A stretch of DNA of 64,000 nt, taken from positions 104,574 to 168,573 of the forward strand of contig JAAZBX010000002.1 in the NCBI GenBank assembly GCA_012513575.1, in the 5' to 3' direction. The position numbers and the translations under genes were made by a program. Numbering within the stretch: the stretch's first letter is position 1; each line of letters starts with the position of its first letter. Shown one piece after another: positions 39,165 through 47,114 of this stretch. A model generated the notes under the pieces. That model saw only the letters and a list, made by a program, of their open reading frames with translations, had not been told where the DNA came from and made no database searches. Source of the stretch: Candidatus Dojkabacteria bacterium (GTDB lineage: Bacteria > Patescibacteriota > Dojkabacteria > SC72).

Positions 39165-39515
39165 ATGAAAAGTTTAAAATATTCTTTGACCCCGATTTTG
39201 TTTGGTTTGTTTCTCCCCTCAGCGGTTTTTGCAGACGGAATAATTACTGGTATCCTTCCAGAGGGTCCTAATACAACAATTCCAATTTTAATCAAAACAG
39301 TTTTGAATTTTGCCATTGGATTTGCAGTTGTTGTTTGTGTCGCTATCTTAATCTTCGCAGGCTATTCATATATGACAGCAAATGGTGATGAAGACAAAAT
39401 CCAGAAAGCAACAAAATCCTTAACATGGGCAATCATTGGATTGGTAGTATGTTTTGTTGCAATTCTCTTAGTAAGATTTGTAGGGGAAAAGATTGGAATT
39501 GATTTTGGAGCTTAA
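39165..39515 (+). CDS. Small VirB2/TrbC-like T4SS-pilin-family membrane protein, paralog 3
   Basis: It has a signal peptide (AVFA|DG) and the conserved loop AGYSYMTANGDEDKIQKA...IIGLV. Confidence 0.55.
   Translation: MKSLKYSLTPILFGLFLPSAVFADGIITGILPEGPNTTIPILIKTVLNFAIGFAVVVCVAILIFAGYSYMTANGDEDKIQKATKSLTWAIIGLVVCFVAILLVRFVGEKIGIDFGA
39297..39515 (+). repeat. Nucleotide-level duplicated block, copy A (3' two-thirds of pilin paralog 3)
   Basis: It is about 93 percent identical to 39781-40000 by eye alignment. It starts at the shared ...CAGTTTTGAATTTTGC... and runs to the stop codon. Confidence 0.7.
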
Positions 39516-39649
39516 GACTTTATTCAAGAGCAATTGACATTTCTTCACGACATCGGAGTGTTCTTTATTAACCACTCTTGTTGAATTCCTAATATTGTTA
39601 TTATATAATGAGCATTAAGATAATTAATATTAAATAAATAATTAAAACA

Positions 39650-40000
39650 ATGAAGATTTCAAAATTATCGGTTGCTCCAATTTATTTGGCTATGGCAAAT
39701 GCGACTGCGGTATATGCAGATGCTTCTGGATTTCTTCCAGACGACCAGACCGGAGGGAAAACACTCCCAGGAATTATCCAGACAGTTTTGAATTTTGCTA
39801 TTGGATTTGCAGTTGTTGTTTGTGTTGCCATCTTAATCTTCGCAGGCTATTCATACATGACAGCAAATGGAGATGAGAACAAAATCAAGAAAGCTACAAC
39901 ATCTTTAACATGGGCAATCATTGGATTGGTAGTATGTTTTGTTGCAATTCTCTTAGTAAGATTTGTAGGAGAAAAGATTGGAATTGGTTTTGGAGTTTAA
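39650..40000 (+). CDS. Small VirB2/TrbC-like T4SS-pilin-family membrane protein, paralog 4
   Basis: It has a signal peptide (AVYA|DA). Its C-terminal 72 aa are nearly identical to paralog 3. Confidence 0.55.
   Translation: MKISKLSVAPIYLAMANATAVYADASGFLPDDQTGGKTLPGIIQTVLNFAIGFAVVVCVAILIFAGYSYMTANGDENKIKKATTSLTWAIIGLVVCFVAILLVRFVGEKIGIGFGV
39781..40000 (+). repeat. Nucleotide-level duplicated block, copy B (3' two-thirds of pilin paralog 4)
   Basis: It matches 39297-39515. The 5' thirds of the two genes, which encode the mature N-terminal region, are unrelated. Confidence 0.7.
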
Positions 40001-40036
40001 GAAATCCATTGAATAAGATATAAGAATACATTCGGA

Positions 40037-40309
40037 ATGGAATGGTTAAGTTTTGTTGAAAAGTTTAATAGGGTGGAGTTCTCCTCATTGCAAGATTTTA
40101 TTGCGAATCTGTTTAATGTTGCAATGTCATTTTCAGTAGTTATTGTGGTAATTGCATTAATCATAGCTGGCTTCAAATATATGTTTTCTAAAGGAGATGG
40201 AGACAAGGTAAAGGAGGCGACTAGGAGTTTAATCTTTGCCCTTATCGGTTTGGTAATTGTATTTCTTTCTCCAACTATTGTAAAATTTGTGATAGATAAA
40301 TTTCTTTAA
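40037..40309 (+). CDS. Small VirB2/TrbC-like T4SS-pilin-family membrane protein, paralog 5
   Basis: Its conserved loop is AGFKYMFSKGDGDKVKEA...LIGLV. Confidence 0.5.
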   Translation: MEWLSFVEKFNRVEFSSLQDFIANLFNVAMSFSVVIVVIALIIAGFKYMFSKGDGDKVKEATRSLIFALIGLVIVFLSPTIVKFVIDKFL

Positions 40310-40316
40310 TTAAGAA

Positions 40317-40640
40317 ATGTCAAAAAATTTAAATAGAACTATTCTGCTACTTACTTCTCCTTTTCTTTTCATCTCGAAGGTATATGCTGAGGATCCTCCA
40401 GAAATTAATGCTGAAACTATCGACAAATTAATAAATACCATTACTAGTAGATTGCTTCCAATCGCTGGTCTGTTGTCATTCATATTCATCGTTTACGGAG
40501 CATATATGTGGATAATATCTGCTGGGGATCCAGATAAAATTAAAAAAGCTCAGGGTACTTTACAGTGGTCAATTATCGGCCTTATCTTTGTAATTATCGT
40601 CTCCCTTATCCTCAGGGCAGTTCTTGATGCAGTTGCATAA
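40317..40640 (+). CDS. Small VirB2/TrbC-like T4SS-pilin-family membrane protein, paralog 6
   Basis: It has a signal peptide (KVYA|ED) and the conserved loop YGAYMWIISAGDPDKIKKA...IIGL. Confidence 0.55.
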   Translation: MSKNLNRTILLLTSPFLFISKVYAEDPPEINAETIDKLINTITSRLLPIAGLLSFIFIVYGAYMWIISAGDPDKIKKAQGTLQWSIIGLIFVIIVSLILRAVLDAVA

Positions 40641-41037
40641 AATGAAAAACCATTCTTACAAATCAGAAGATTTTTTCAAAAGCCAAGGCTATGCAAGGAA
40701 TGGTATTAAGTTGATTTACAAGAATGAGAGAAATTTCCGAATAGAGCTTGTATTCACGCTTTTGGTCATACTTGCTGGGGTATTTTTCAAGGTTACTCAT
40801 TTTGAGTGGATAGCTTTAAGTTTAGTAATTTCCATGGTTCTAATATCCGAGACAATAAATAGTGCAATTGAAGCTTTGTGCGATACTGTTACTCAGGATT
40901 TTAAGATTAATGTAAAGTATGCTAAGGATGTTAGTGCTGGAGCAGTATTGGTAAGTTCCCTTCTTTCGGTTATCACAGGCCTTATTATCTTTCTCCCATA
41001 TATCATTGAACTTGCTCAAAACATCTTTTTGAGATAA
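40624..41037 (+). CDS. dgkA: DgkA-family lipid kinase (diacylglycerol or undecaprenol kinase)
   Basis: It has the motif blocks NERNFRIELVF, SETINSAIEALCD and YAKDVSAGAVL, and three TM helices. The start may be at 40627. Confidence 0.7.
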   Translation: MMQLHKMKNHSYKSEDFFKSQGYARNGIKLIYKNERNFRIELVFTLLVILAGVFFKVTHFEWIALSLVISMVLISETINSAIEALCDTVTQDFKINVKYAKDVSAGAVLVSSLLSVITGLIIFLPYIIELAQNIFLR

Positions 41038-41053
41038 TGGTATAATTAGGGCG

Positions 41054-42931
41054 ATGAAAGGTATGCCCCAATTCAAAAAAACTTTATTTATCTCTATCAC
41101 TTTACTTTTAGGAATTTTCCTCTTTTTCAATTCTCCAGTATATTCCCAATCAGTTTCAGATCTTGAAAAAGAGATAGAGGAAAGTAATAGGGCAATTTCA
41201 GAGAAAGAGAGTATTTTAGGAAATATTGAGAAGAGGATAGCGGAGATAAAGGGAGGAAATCAAACTTTAAGTCAGAAGATTCAGTTGATGACTGATGAGA
41301 TTAATAAGGTTAAGGATACAATTTCACAAAAAGAGATAGAGATTGAAACAAAGGGTAAGGAGATTGAGAGTAAGCAAGAGCAGCTTAATATTCGAAAAGA
41401 AACTTTAGATTTAGTTTCGGCTGAGTTGTATATGGAGACAAGGAATAGGGTGTCAACCTTTTTCCTTTCAGATTGGTCTGATTTAGTAAGAAACTTTTAC
41501 CTTAAAAGAAATATAGTTTCTGATTTGAGACATCAGGTTGAGATGATTAGTGGAGAGTTTAGTTCTTTAGCTGAGGCAAAGGAGTTGTTAGATTCTGAGA
41601 AGAGTCTTTTAGATACACAGAAGAAGGAGTTGGATGATTCCTTGGGTATTTTAGCAACAGAGAAAGCAAAGTTACAGGCAGAACTTAGTAAGCAGTATGC
41701 ACAGAAGGGGAGTTTGAGTTCAGAGATTACAGATTTAACAAAGAAGGTATCTCAATTACAGGCGGCATTGATAGCAGCAAGAGGGGCTGGAACTATATCT
41801 TCGGGGGGTAGTACGGGGACTGTTCCTGGGACTTCGATTTCTCAAGCACCAGCAGGCTATTTTGGAGTTTTCTCTATTGGTGCATATACGCATAGAAACG
41901 GTATGAGTCAGTGGGGAGCGAGGGCGAGGGCTGATGCAGGACAATCTACAGGACAGATACTAAGCTTTTACTATCCTAACACAAGAATCTCAAATGGTGT
42001 AGTTAATTCTAATGGAATTCCCCAACCTTTAATGCAGAATATTAATGTGAATAATGTAGGTACTCTTTCATTTGAGGATTACTATCTATTGGGTATACAG
42101 GAGATGCCGGAGAGTTGGAATATGGAAGTATTGAAAGCCCAAGCAATTGTTGCTAGAACCTACGCCGTGTGGTACGTTAACAATGGGAATGGAAGATGGG
42201 TAAACAAAACTCTTGTTAACTCTATTTGCACATCCCAGAGTTGTCAAGTATTTAATACCCCACTCAAAGCTGGGGCTTGGAGAACCGCTGTACAGCAAAC
42301 AAGAGGGCAAATTTTGACAGACTCAAGTGGATCTGCAGTAATGGCTGAATATGCAGCTGTACATGGAGCATGGGGGAATTGGCAGGGGCAAGCTACAGGT
42401 TGGGACACACAGAGTGGAAGTGGAGATAATTGGTTTACCGATGCTTGGGATAAAATTTCTGGTGTTAACTGGTTTTATAGATCTTGGTATATCAATGGAT
42501 CTGGTTATTCTGGAGAAACATGCGGACATTCACCATATCTTTCTCCATCAGAAATGTTAATCATTCTTAATGCCTATTATGTAAAGAAAGGTGAGGGTTT
42601 AAGGATGACTCCCGATTTGTCAAGATTGCTTCCAAGCGATTATGGGAAGTGCCCAGGAGGAGCAAGGGATGATGACTTCGGTCGAACAGACAAAGTCCCA
42701 TACAGTTTATCTGAATTACAGGGATTGTTATCAAATCCAGTAACATCTATATCCTCTGTATATGCTTCCTTTGCTAACGGACAAACCACAAATGTATATT
42801 TTCAAACAAATAGAGGCCTTATATCAATGTCCGGCTTTGCCTTCAAAGATATATACAATCAAATGGCTCCAGGTCATATGAGAATACAACAACAATCTTC
42901 CTATGCTTTCTTCAATATAGAAAAGAAATAG
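41054..42931 (+). CDS. Secreted coiled-coil protein with a C-terminal SpoIID/LytB-like peptidoglycan-remodelling domain
   Basis: It has a signal peptide and about 200 aa of coiled coil (an EnvC-like N-terminus). The SpoIID-like block is LKAQAIVARTYAVWYV. Confidence 0.55.
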   Translation: MKGMPQFKKTLFISITLLLGIFLFFNSPVYSQSVSDLEKEIEESNRAISEKESILGNIEKRIAEIKGGNQTLSQKIQLMTDEINKVKDTISQKEIEIETKGKEIESKQEQLNIRKETLDLVSAELYMETRNRVSTFFLSDWSDLVRNFYLKRNIVSDLRHQVEMISGEFSSLAEAKELLDSEKSLLDTQKKELDDSLGILATEKAKLQAELSKQYAQKGSLSSEITDLTKKVSQLQAALIAARGAGTISSGGSTGTVPGTSISQAPAGYFGVFSIGAYTHRNGMSQWGARARADAGQSTGQILSFYYPNTRISNGVVNSNGIPQPLMQNINVNNVGTLSFEDYYLLGIQEMPESWNMEVLKAQAIVARTYAVWYVNNGNGRWVNKTLVNSICTSQSCQVFNTPLKAGAWRTAVQQTRGQILTDSSGSAVMAEYAAVHGAWGNWQGQATGWDTQSGSGDNWFTDAWDKISGVNWFYRSWYINGSGYSGETCGHSPYLSPSEMLIILNAYYVKKGEGLRMTPDLSRLLPSDYGKCPGGARDDDFGRTDKVPYSLSELQGLLSNPVTSISSVYASFANGQTTNVYFQTNRGLISMSGFAFKDIYNQMAPGHMRIQQQSSYAFFNIEKK

Positions 42932-42980
42932 TCATACTTAATTAGCTACTCTAAATCAATAAATTATGTTATCCTAATTT

Positions 42981-43598
42981 ATGAATGAGGTAGAAAAGAT
43001 CAATATCCCAGAAAAATTCCAAAAAATAGATAGAACATTCCTAAACCATCTTCGTAATGAAAAGGGCAGTGTATTTATGCCATTCCCTAGAAATACGTCA
43101 TTTTTAGGAAAAGAGGATGATGAAAGCGTAGTCTTAATCCTAAGAAAACATTGGCAATTTCTTCTACCCACAATCCTAGAATGTATCTTCTTACTTCTTC
43201 TACCTTTCATCCTTTCAGTGATAATTCCAAATTTGCCCAACAGAGGACTATTCGTCTTCGCTCTCTTTCTTGTATCCCTTTTAATTTCCTTATCCCTATT
43301 AATATATCGATATGTAAGATGGTTTTACAATGTAAATATCATAACTGACCAAAGAGTAATTGATATGGATTTTGAAACTCTTTTCTCACACAAAACAACT
43401 GAAGCAAGACTGGAGAAGGTAGAGGATATTACTTTCAAGCAAATTGGAATCCTCTCAAACCTGTTTGATATTGGTTCAATATATATTCAAACGGCGGGAG
43501 CAAAATCAGAAATAGAGTTTAAGGGAATTCACAATCCCAAACAGGTTCAAGACATACTCTCTGATCTGCTAGAGTCTAAAAAGAAAGGAGAAATTTAA
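42981..43598 (+). CDS. Membrane protein with a bacterial PH (YdbS/YdbT-like) domain
   Basis: It has two TM helices followed by a bPH_2-like region (DQRVIDMDFETLFSHKTTEARLEKVEDITFKQ...IYIQTAG). Confidence 0.45.
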   Translation: MNEVEKINIPEKFQKIDRTFLNHLRNEKGSVFMPFPRNTSFLGKEDDESVVLILRKHWQFLLPTILECIFLLLLPFILSVIIPNLPNRGLFVFALFLVSLLISLSLLIYRYVRWFYNVNIITDQRVIDMDFETLFSHKTTEARLEKVEDITFKQIGILSNLFDIGSIYIQTAGAKSEIEFKGIHNPKQVQDILSDLLESKKKGEI

Positions 43599-43864
43599 TG
43601 GTGGGAAATGAAATATTAGACAGTATAAATATGGTTGAGGTAAATACATTTGATTTTAATATGCTCCCTCTTCTTAAGGTTCCTTTTATACTCTTGTTAA
43701 TTGCAAATCTGTTTTTTGCATTAATTCTTTATCTTCGAATCAGAATTCTCTCTGACACATTTGTCACTTTTGAAAACAGGAGAATAAAGAGTATAGTTGT
43801 TATCTATCTAATAGGCTCACTTGTTCTCTCTTTATTTGCCTTACTCTTTTTAATATTATCATAG
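43598..43864 (+). CDS. Hypothetical small membrane protein
   Basis: It is an 88-aa ORF with two hydrophobic helices. Its start overlaps the previous stop. Confidence 0.3.
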   Translation: MVGNEILDSINMVEVNTFDFNMLPLLKVPFILLLIANLFFALILYLRIRILSDTFVTFENRRIKSIVVIYLIGSLVLSLFALLFLILS

Positions 43865-43867
43865 TAT

Positions 43868-46237
43868 ATGGAAATAACTGCTCAACAATACATCTCGAAT
43901 GAAAAAGATTCTCAAGCATATGTAACTACATATGCGAACCTTTTTGACTCTCGAAAAGAAAAAACAGGTAAAGAAGGAGATATTTATGTAATCTTGAAAA
44001 TGTCCTCAACAAAGAAATTGCCTCTTAGTAGGCTATCTAAATTTGTTTTAGACAGTCTTACTGATGGATATCTTTACTCTCACGAGAAAACAACTAACGA
44101 ATCCATGAAATCCTCTTTAGAGGACGGCTTTAACAAATTGAGGAGCTTAATCCAATCAGATAAAGATATTGAAGGGAGTAAAATTGATTTAACAATACTT
44201 GTATGTTTAGTTAAAAAGGAGGGTCTGTATATTGGCTCAATAGGAAAAGGTGAGATATATGTAATTAAAGGAGGAAAAGCAGTAAATATTGCTGAGATAA
44301 TGGAGAAAAAAGAGGCGAATACGGCGGGAGTGTTACTTGAAGAGAATGAAGCACTCCTTCTATCTACACAGGGCATCCTTTCAGAAAATTTGGCAGATAT
44401 CATTGTTGCATCAGAGCAAAAGAAAATTGCAAGAGAAATTACAAAAATTGGAGTAAATCTAAAGGGTGATAACGCGTTAATGACATTTGTAAATCAGAAG
44501 AAAAAAGAGGCCCCATCATTAATTGTAGAAACTTTGAAACCTGAAGTTGAAGAGGATAAACAACTACTCTCTGAGCAGGAAACCTCCGAAGGACAGGGTG
44601 GCGAGGAAGAGGTAAAAACCAAGAAGAAATTTAGCATAAAAGGATTTAGATTAAACAAATTAAAAGCAAGCGAGAATGTTCAGAGGTTTGGGAAAACATT
44701 TGCTCTAACGGCTTCTAAAGTATCTGAATTCGGAAAGAAAATGAAGCCTTCTTCCGAAACGGTAGGTAAATTCAAAAATATTCTGTTCAGAGTGGGCAAT
44801 ATATTTAAGAAAATTTGGGGTTTGATAAAGATGTTGTTTGCAAAAATTTGGCAGAAAATCTCACCTATACTTTCTAGAAAAAGATGGTTCAAGAAGGTAA
44901 TGTCTAAATATTCAGAGATAAGTTTTAAACAACCAAAAAGGACAGCGCAGACAGTTGGGGTGAGGATAGATGATTACAAAGTAAAGGACTTGAGGGGAAA
45001 GAGGATTAAGTTGGTATTGGGAATCCTCTTGATAATTGTATTGATTGTATTTGGAGTCAACTTCGCGATTCAAACAAAGGAAGCTAATGAGCTAAGCAAA
45101 GATGCGAATCAGAAGTTTGATCAGATTGAGAATTTCTTGGACAAAACTGAAAAAAATATTACTTCTGACAAGAGTAGTGCAGAGGTAGCATATTTTGAAG
45201 CAGGAAATATTCTTAAAGAGATACCATCCCCACTTAGAGAGAAAGAGATTGAGAGGGAAAAGAAGATAAATGAGAGGTATAGCTCTATTGGGGATCAACT
45301 ATTTAAGAAAGAGGGTTTTTCTACTGACTTGAAAAATCTTTCTGTATATATCAATCCAAGTCTTTCCTCTATGGGAGAAGGGGTTGATTTGGTAGACATT
45401 GATAAGTATATGGATAAAAATAATAGGGAGTATTTGTTACTTACAGATAAAGGAAAAAAGGTTGTTTATAAGATACTTATTGAAGATACTCCGACTGTGG
45501 AAGTTATTGCTGATGAAAAGAAATTAATTAAAACCCCTCAATATGTATCTGTCGGGGAAAGAGGGGTCTTTGTATATGATAAAGATGCTGGAGTTTTAAA
45601 ATCTTCGATTGCGGAGGATGGGACACTTACAAGCTTTATCTCTCTTCCTGGAATACTTGGCAGGGACATCCCTGATGATGTGATAGAAGATATGATTATT
45701 CTTACTGCCAATGATAATGTTTATCTTGTTTCTTCAACTCAAAAAGCTGTTCTAAGATCAACGGCTGTATATGGAGACAGGTACTCAATGCTAAACAAAT
45801 ATATAGAGAACCCTCTTTTTGAGAGAGCCAAAGATATCCATGGAGATTTCAGTACATATCTATTTGTTGAATCTGATGAAGGTATTTTACGATACATCTG
45901 GAGTTCCGTTGAGCAGAAACAGGTTCCTTCAGAATTAGGAATTACTGGACTCTCGGGGGGTGTAGGAAAGATTACTAAAGGATACACGTATGCAGATAGT
46001 ATGGATAGTGGATTGTATATGTTTGATTCTGAGGGGAGAAGATTTTTAAGGTTTGAAAAACCGCAAGAGAGTGCCTCAGATTTACGACACCCAAACCAGT
46101 TGTTACTACTAAAACAGTATGAATACAGGGGTGAGAATCAGGATGAATTTAAAAATGTAAAGGATTTTGTTGTTGACTATAAAGAAGAGAATATGTACGT
46201 TTTAGATGGTAATACCGTATGGAAAATTTCTTTGTAG
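43868..46237 (+). CDS. Large hypothetical membrane-anchored protein (789 aa)
   Basis: It has an N-terminal domain of about 200 aa, a Lys-rich linker, a central TM helix (GILLIIVLIVFGVNFAI) and a beta-rich C-terminal domain of about 400 aa. It has no catalytic motif. Confidence 0.4.
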   Translation: MEITAQQYISNEKDSQAYVTTYANLFDSRKEKTGKEGDIYVILKMSSTKKLPLSRLSKFVLDSLTDGYLYSHEKTTNESMKSSLEDGFNKLRSLIQSDKDIEGSKIDLTILVCLVKKEGLYIGSIGKGEIYVIKGGKAVNIAEIMEKKEANTAGVLLEENEALLLSTQGILSENLADIIVASEQKKIAREITKIGVNLKGDNALMTFVNQKKKEAPSLIVETLKPEVEEDKQLLSEQETSEGQGGEEEVKTKKKFSIKGFRLNKLKASENVQRFGKTFALTASKVSEFGKKMKPSSETVGKFKNILFRVGNIFKKIWGLIKMLFAKIWQKISPILSRKRWFKKVMSKYSEISFKQPKRTAQTVGVRIDDYKVKDLRGKRIKLVLGILLIIVLIVFGVNFAIQTKEANELSKDANQKFDQIENFLDKTEKNITSDKSSAEVAYFEAGNILKEIPSPLREKEIEREKKINERYSSIGDQLFKKEGFSTDLKNLSVYINPSLSSMGEGVDLVDIDKYMDKNNREYLLLTDKGKKVVYKILIEDTPTVEVIADEKKLIKTPQYVSVGERGVFVYDKDAGVLKSSIAEDGTLTSFISLPGILGRDIPDDVIEDMIILTANDNVYLVSSTQKAVLRSTAVYGDRYSMLNKYIENPLFERAKDIHGDFSTYLFVESDEGILRYIWSSVEQKQVPSELGITGLSGGVGKITKGYTYADSMDSGLYMFDSEGRRFLRFEKPQESASDLRHPNQLLLLKQYEYRGENQDEFKNVKDFVVDYKEENMYVLDGNTVWKISL

Positions 46238-46248
46238 TATAATAACGA

Positions 46249-46692
46249 ATGAAAATTTCTAATAAAAAGGCTACTTTCAATTATGAGATTATCGAATCTT
46301 TCGAAGCAGGTATTATTCTATCTGGAGCAGAAGTGAAGAGTATAAAGGAAGGAAGAGTAAATCTAACCGATTCATTTGTGAAGATTGTTAGCGGAGATTT
46401 GTATCTAATAAATGCGGAAGTCCCTCAATACAGATACAGTACAGACGAATTTTATGACTCAAGAAAATCAAGAAAGCTTCTTGTTAAAAGGTATGAACTT
46501 ATACAGATTGCTAGCAAACTAAAAGCGAAAAATCTCCTTTTGATACCTTTATCAATATATACTAAAGGGAAGTTGGTAAAAGTTGAAGTTGCATATGCCC
46601 GAGGAAGAAAAAGGCATGAGAAAAAACAAAGAGAGAAGGAAAGGGATTTGGATAGAGAATTGCTTTACGAAAGCCGTAAATTTGTTGTATAA
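46249..46692 (+). CDS. smpB: SsrA-binding protein SmpB
   Basis: The N-terminus and length match SmpB (KKATFNYEIIESFEAGIILSGAEVKSIKEG), and it has a basic C-terminal tail. Confidence 0.9.
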   Translation: MKISNKKATFNYEIIESFEAGIILSGAEVKSIKEGRVNLTDSFVKIVSGDLYLINAEVPQYRYSTDEFYDSRKSRKLLVKRYELIQIASKLKAKNLLLIPLSIYTKGKLVKVEVAYARGRKRHEKKQREKERDLDRELLYESRKFVV

Positions 46693-46700
46693 TTAAGACT

Positions 46701-47021
46701 ATGAGCGAAATAATAAGTACTGGAATAGAAAGGCATTCGGAAGTGATTAAAAATCCTTCTGAAAGAATCCCTTCAGAAGAGATTCCATCTGTTGAGTTGA
46801 GGGAAAATCCTCTTCCACAGTCAGTTGGTTCACTCACTCCTGCTTTGCAGTCAGAATTGCTTAAAACTACTGAAATCATCCCCCAAAAGGATAATATATG
46901 GGATGGATGTGGCTATACTCCAGGTCAAATAGAAGAGGGATCGACTGAAGCAATCAGTAGTGGTGATAGGGCACGAGATGTTGTTGCTAAAAAGATTTCG
47001 CAAGTCCCTGTTACGGAGTAA
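46701..47021 (+). CDS. Hypothetical small protein
   Basis: It is a 106-aa ORF rich in Ser, Glu and Pro, with no motif. Confidence 0.3.
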   Translation: MSEIISTGIERHSEVIKNPSERIPSEEIPSVELRENPLPQSVGSLTPALQSELLKTTEIIPQKDNIWDGCGYTPGQIEEGSTEAISSGDRARDVVAKKISQVPVTE

Positions 47022-47114
47022 TTTTCTTTTGTTTTTTACAACTCTTCCTAATATTTTTTTGATATACAACTATTTCTGTGATATCCTTAATGGATAATAT
47101 ATACTGTCCTTTCG

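Noticed and set aside
38442-40640. Possible CRISPR array, suggested by regularly spaced similar segments
   Set aside because: The repeated units are 270-350-nt protein-coding paralogs with signal peptides and TM hairpins, not 25-40-nt direct repeats with unique spacers. No cas genes were recognised in the window.
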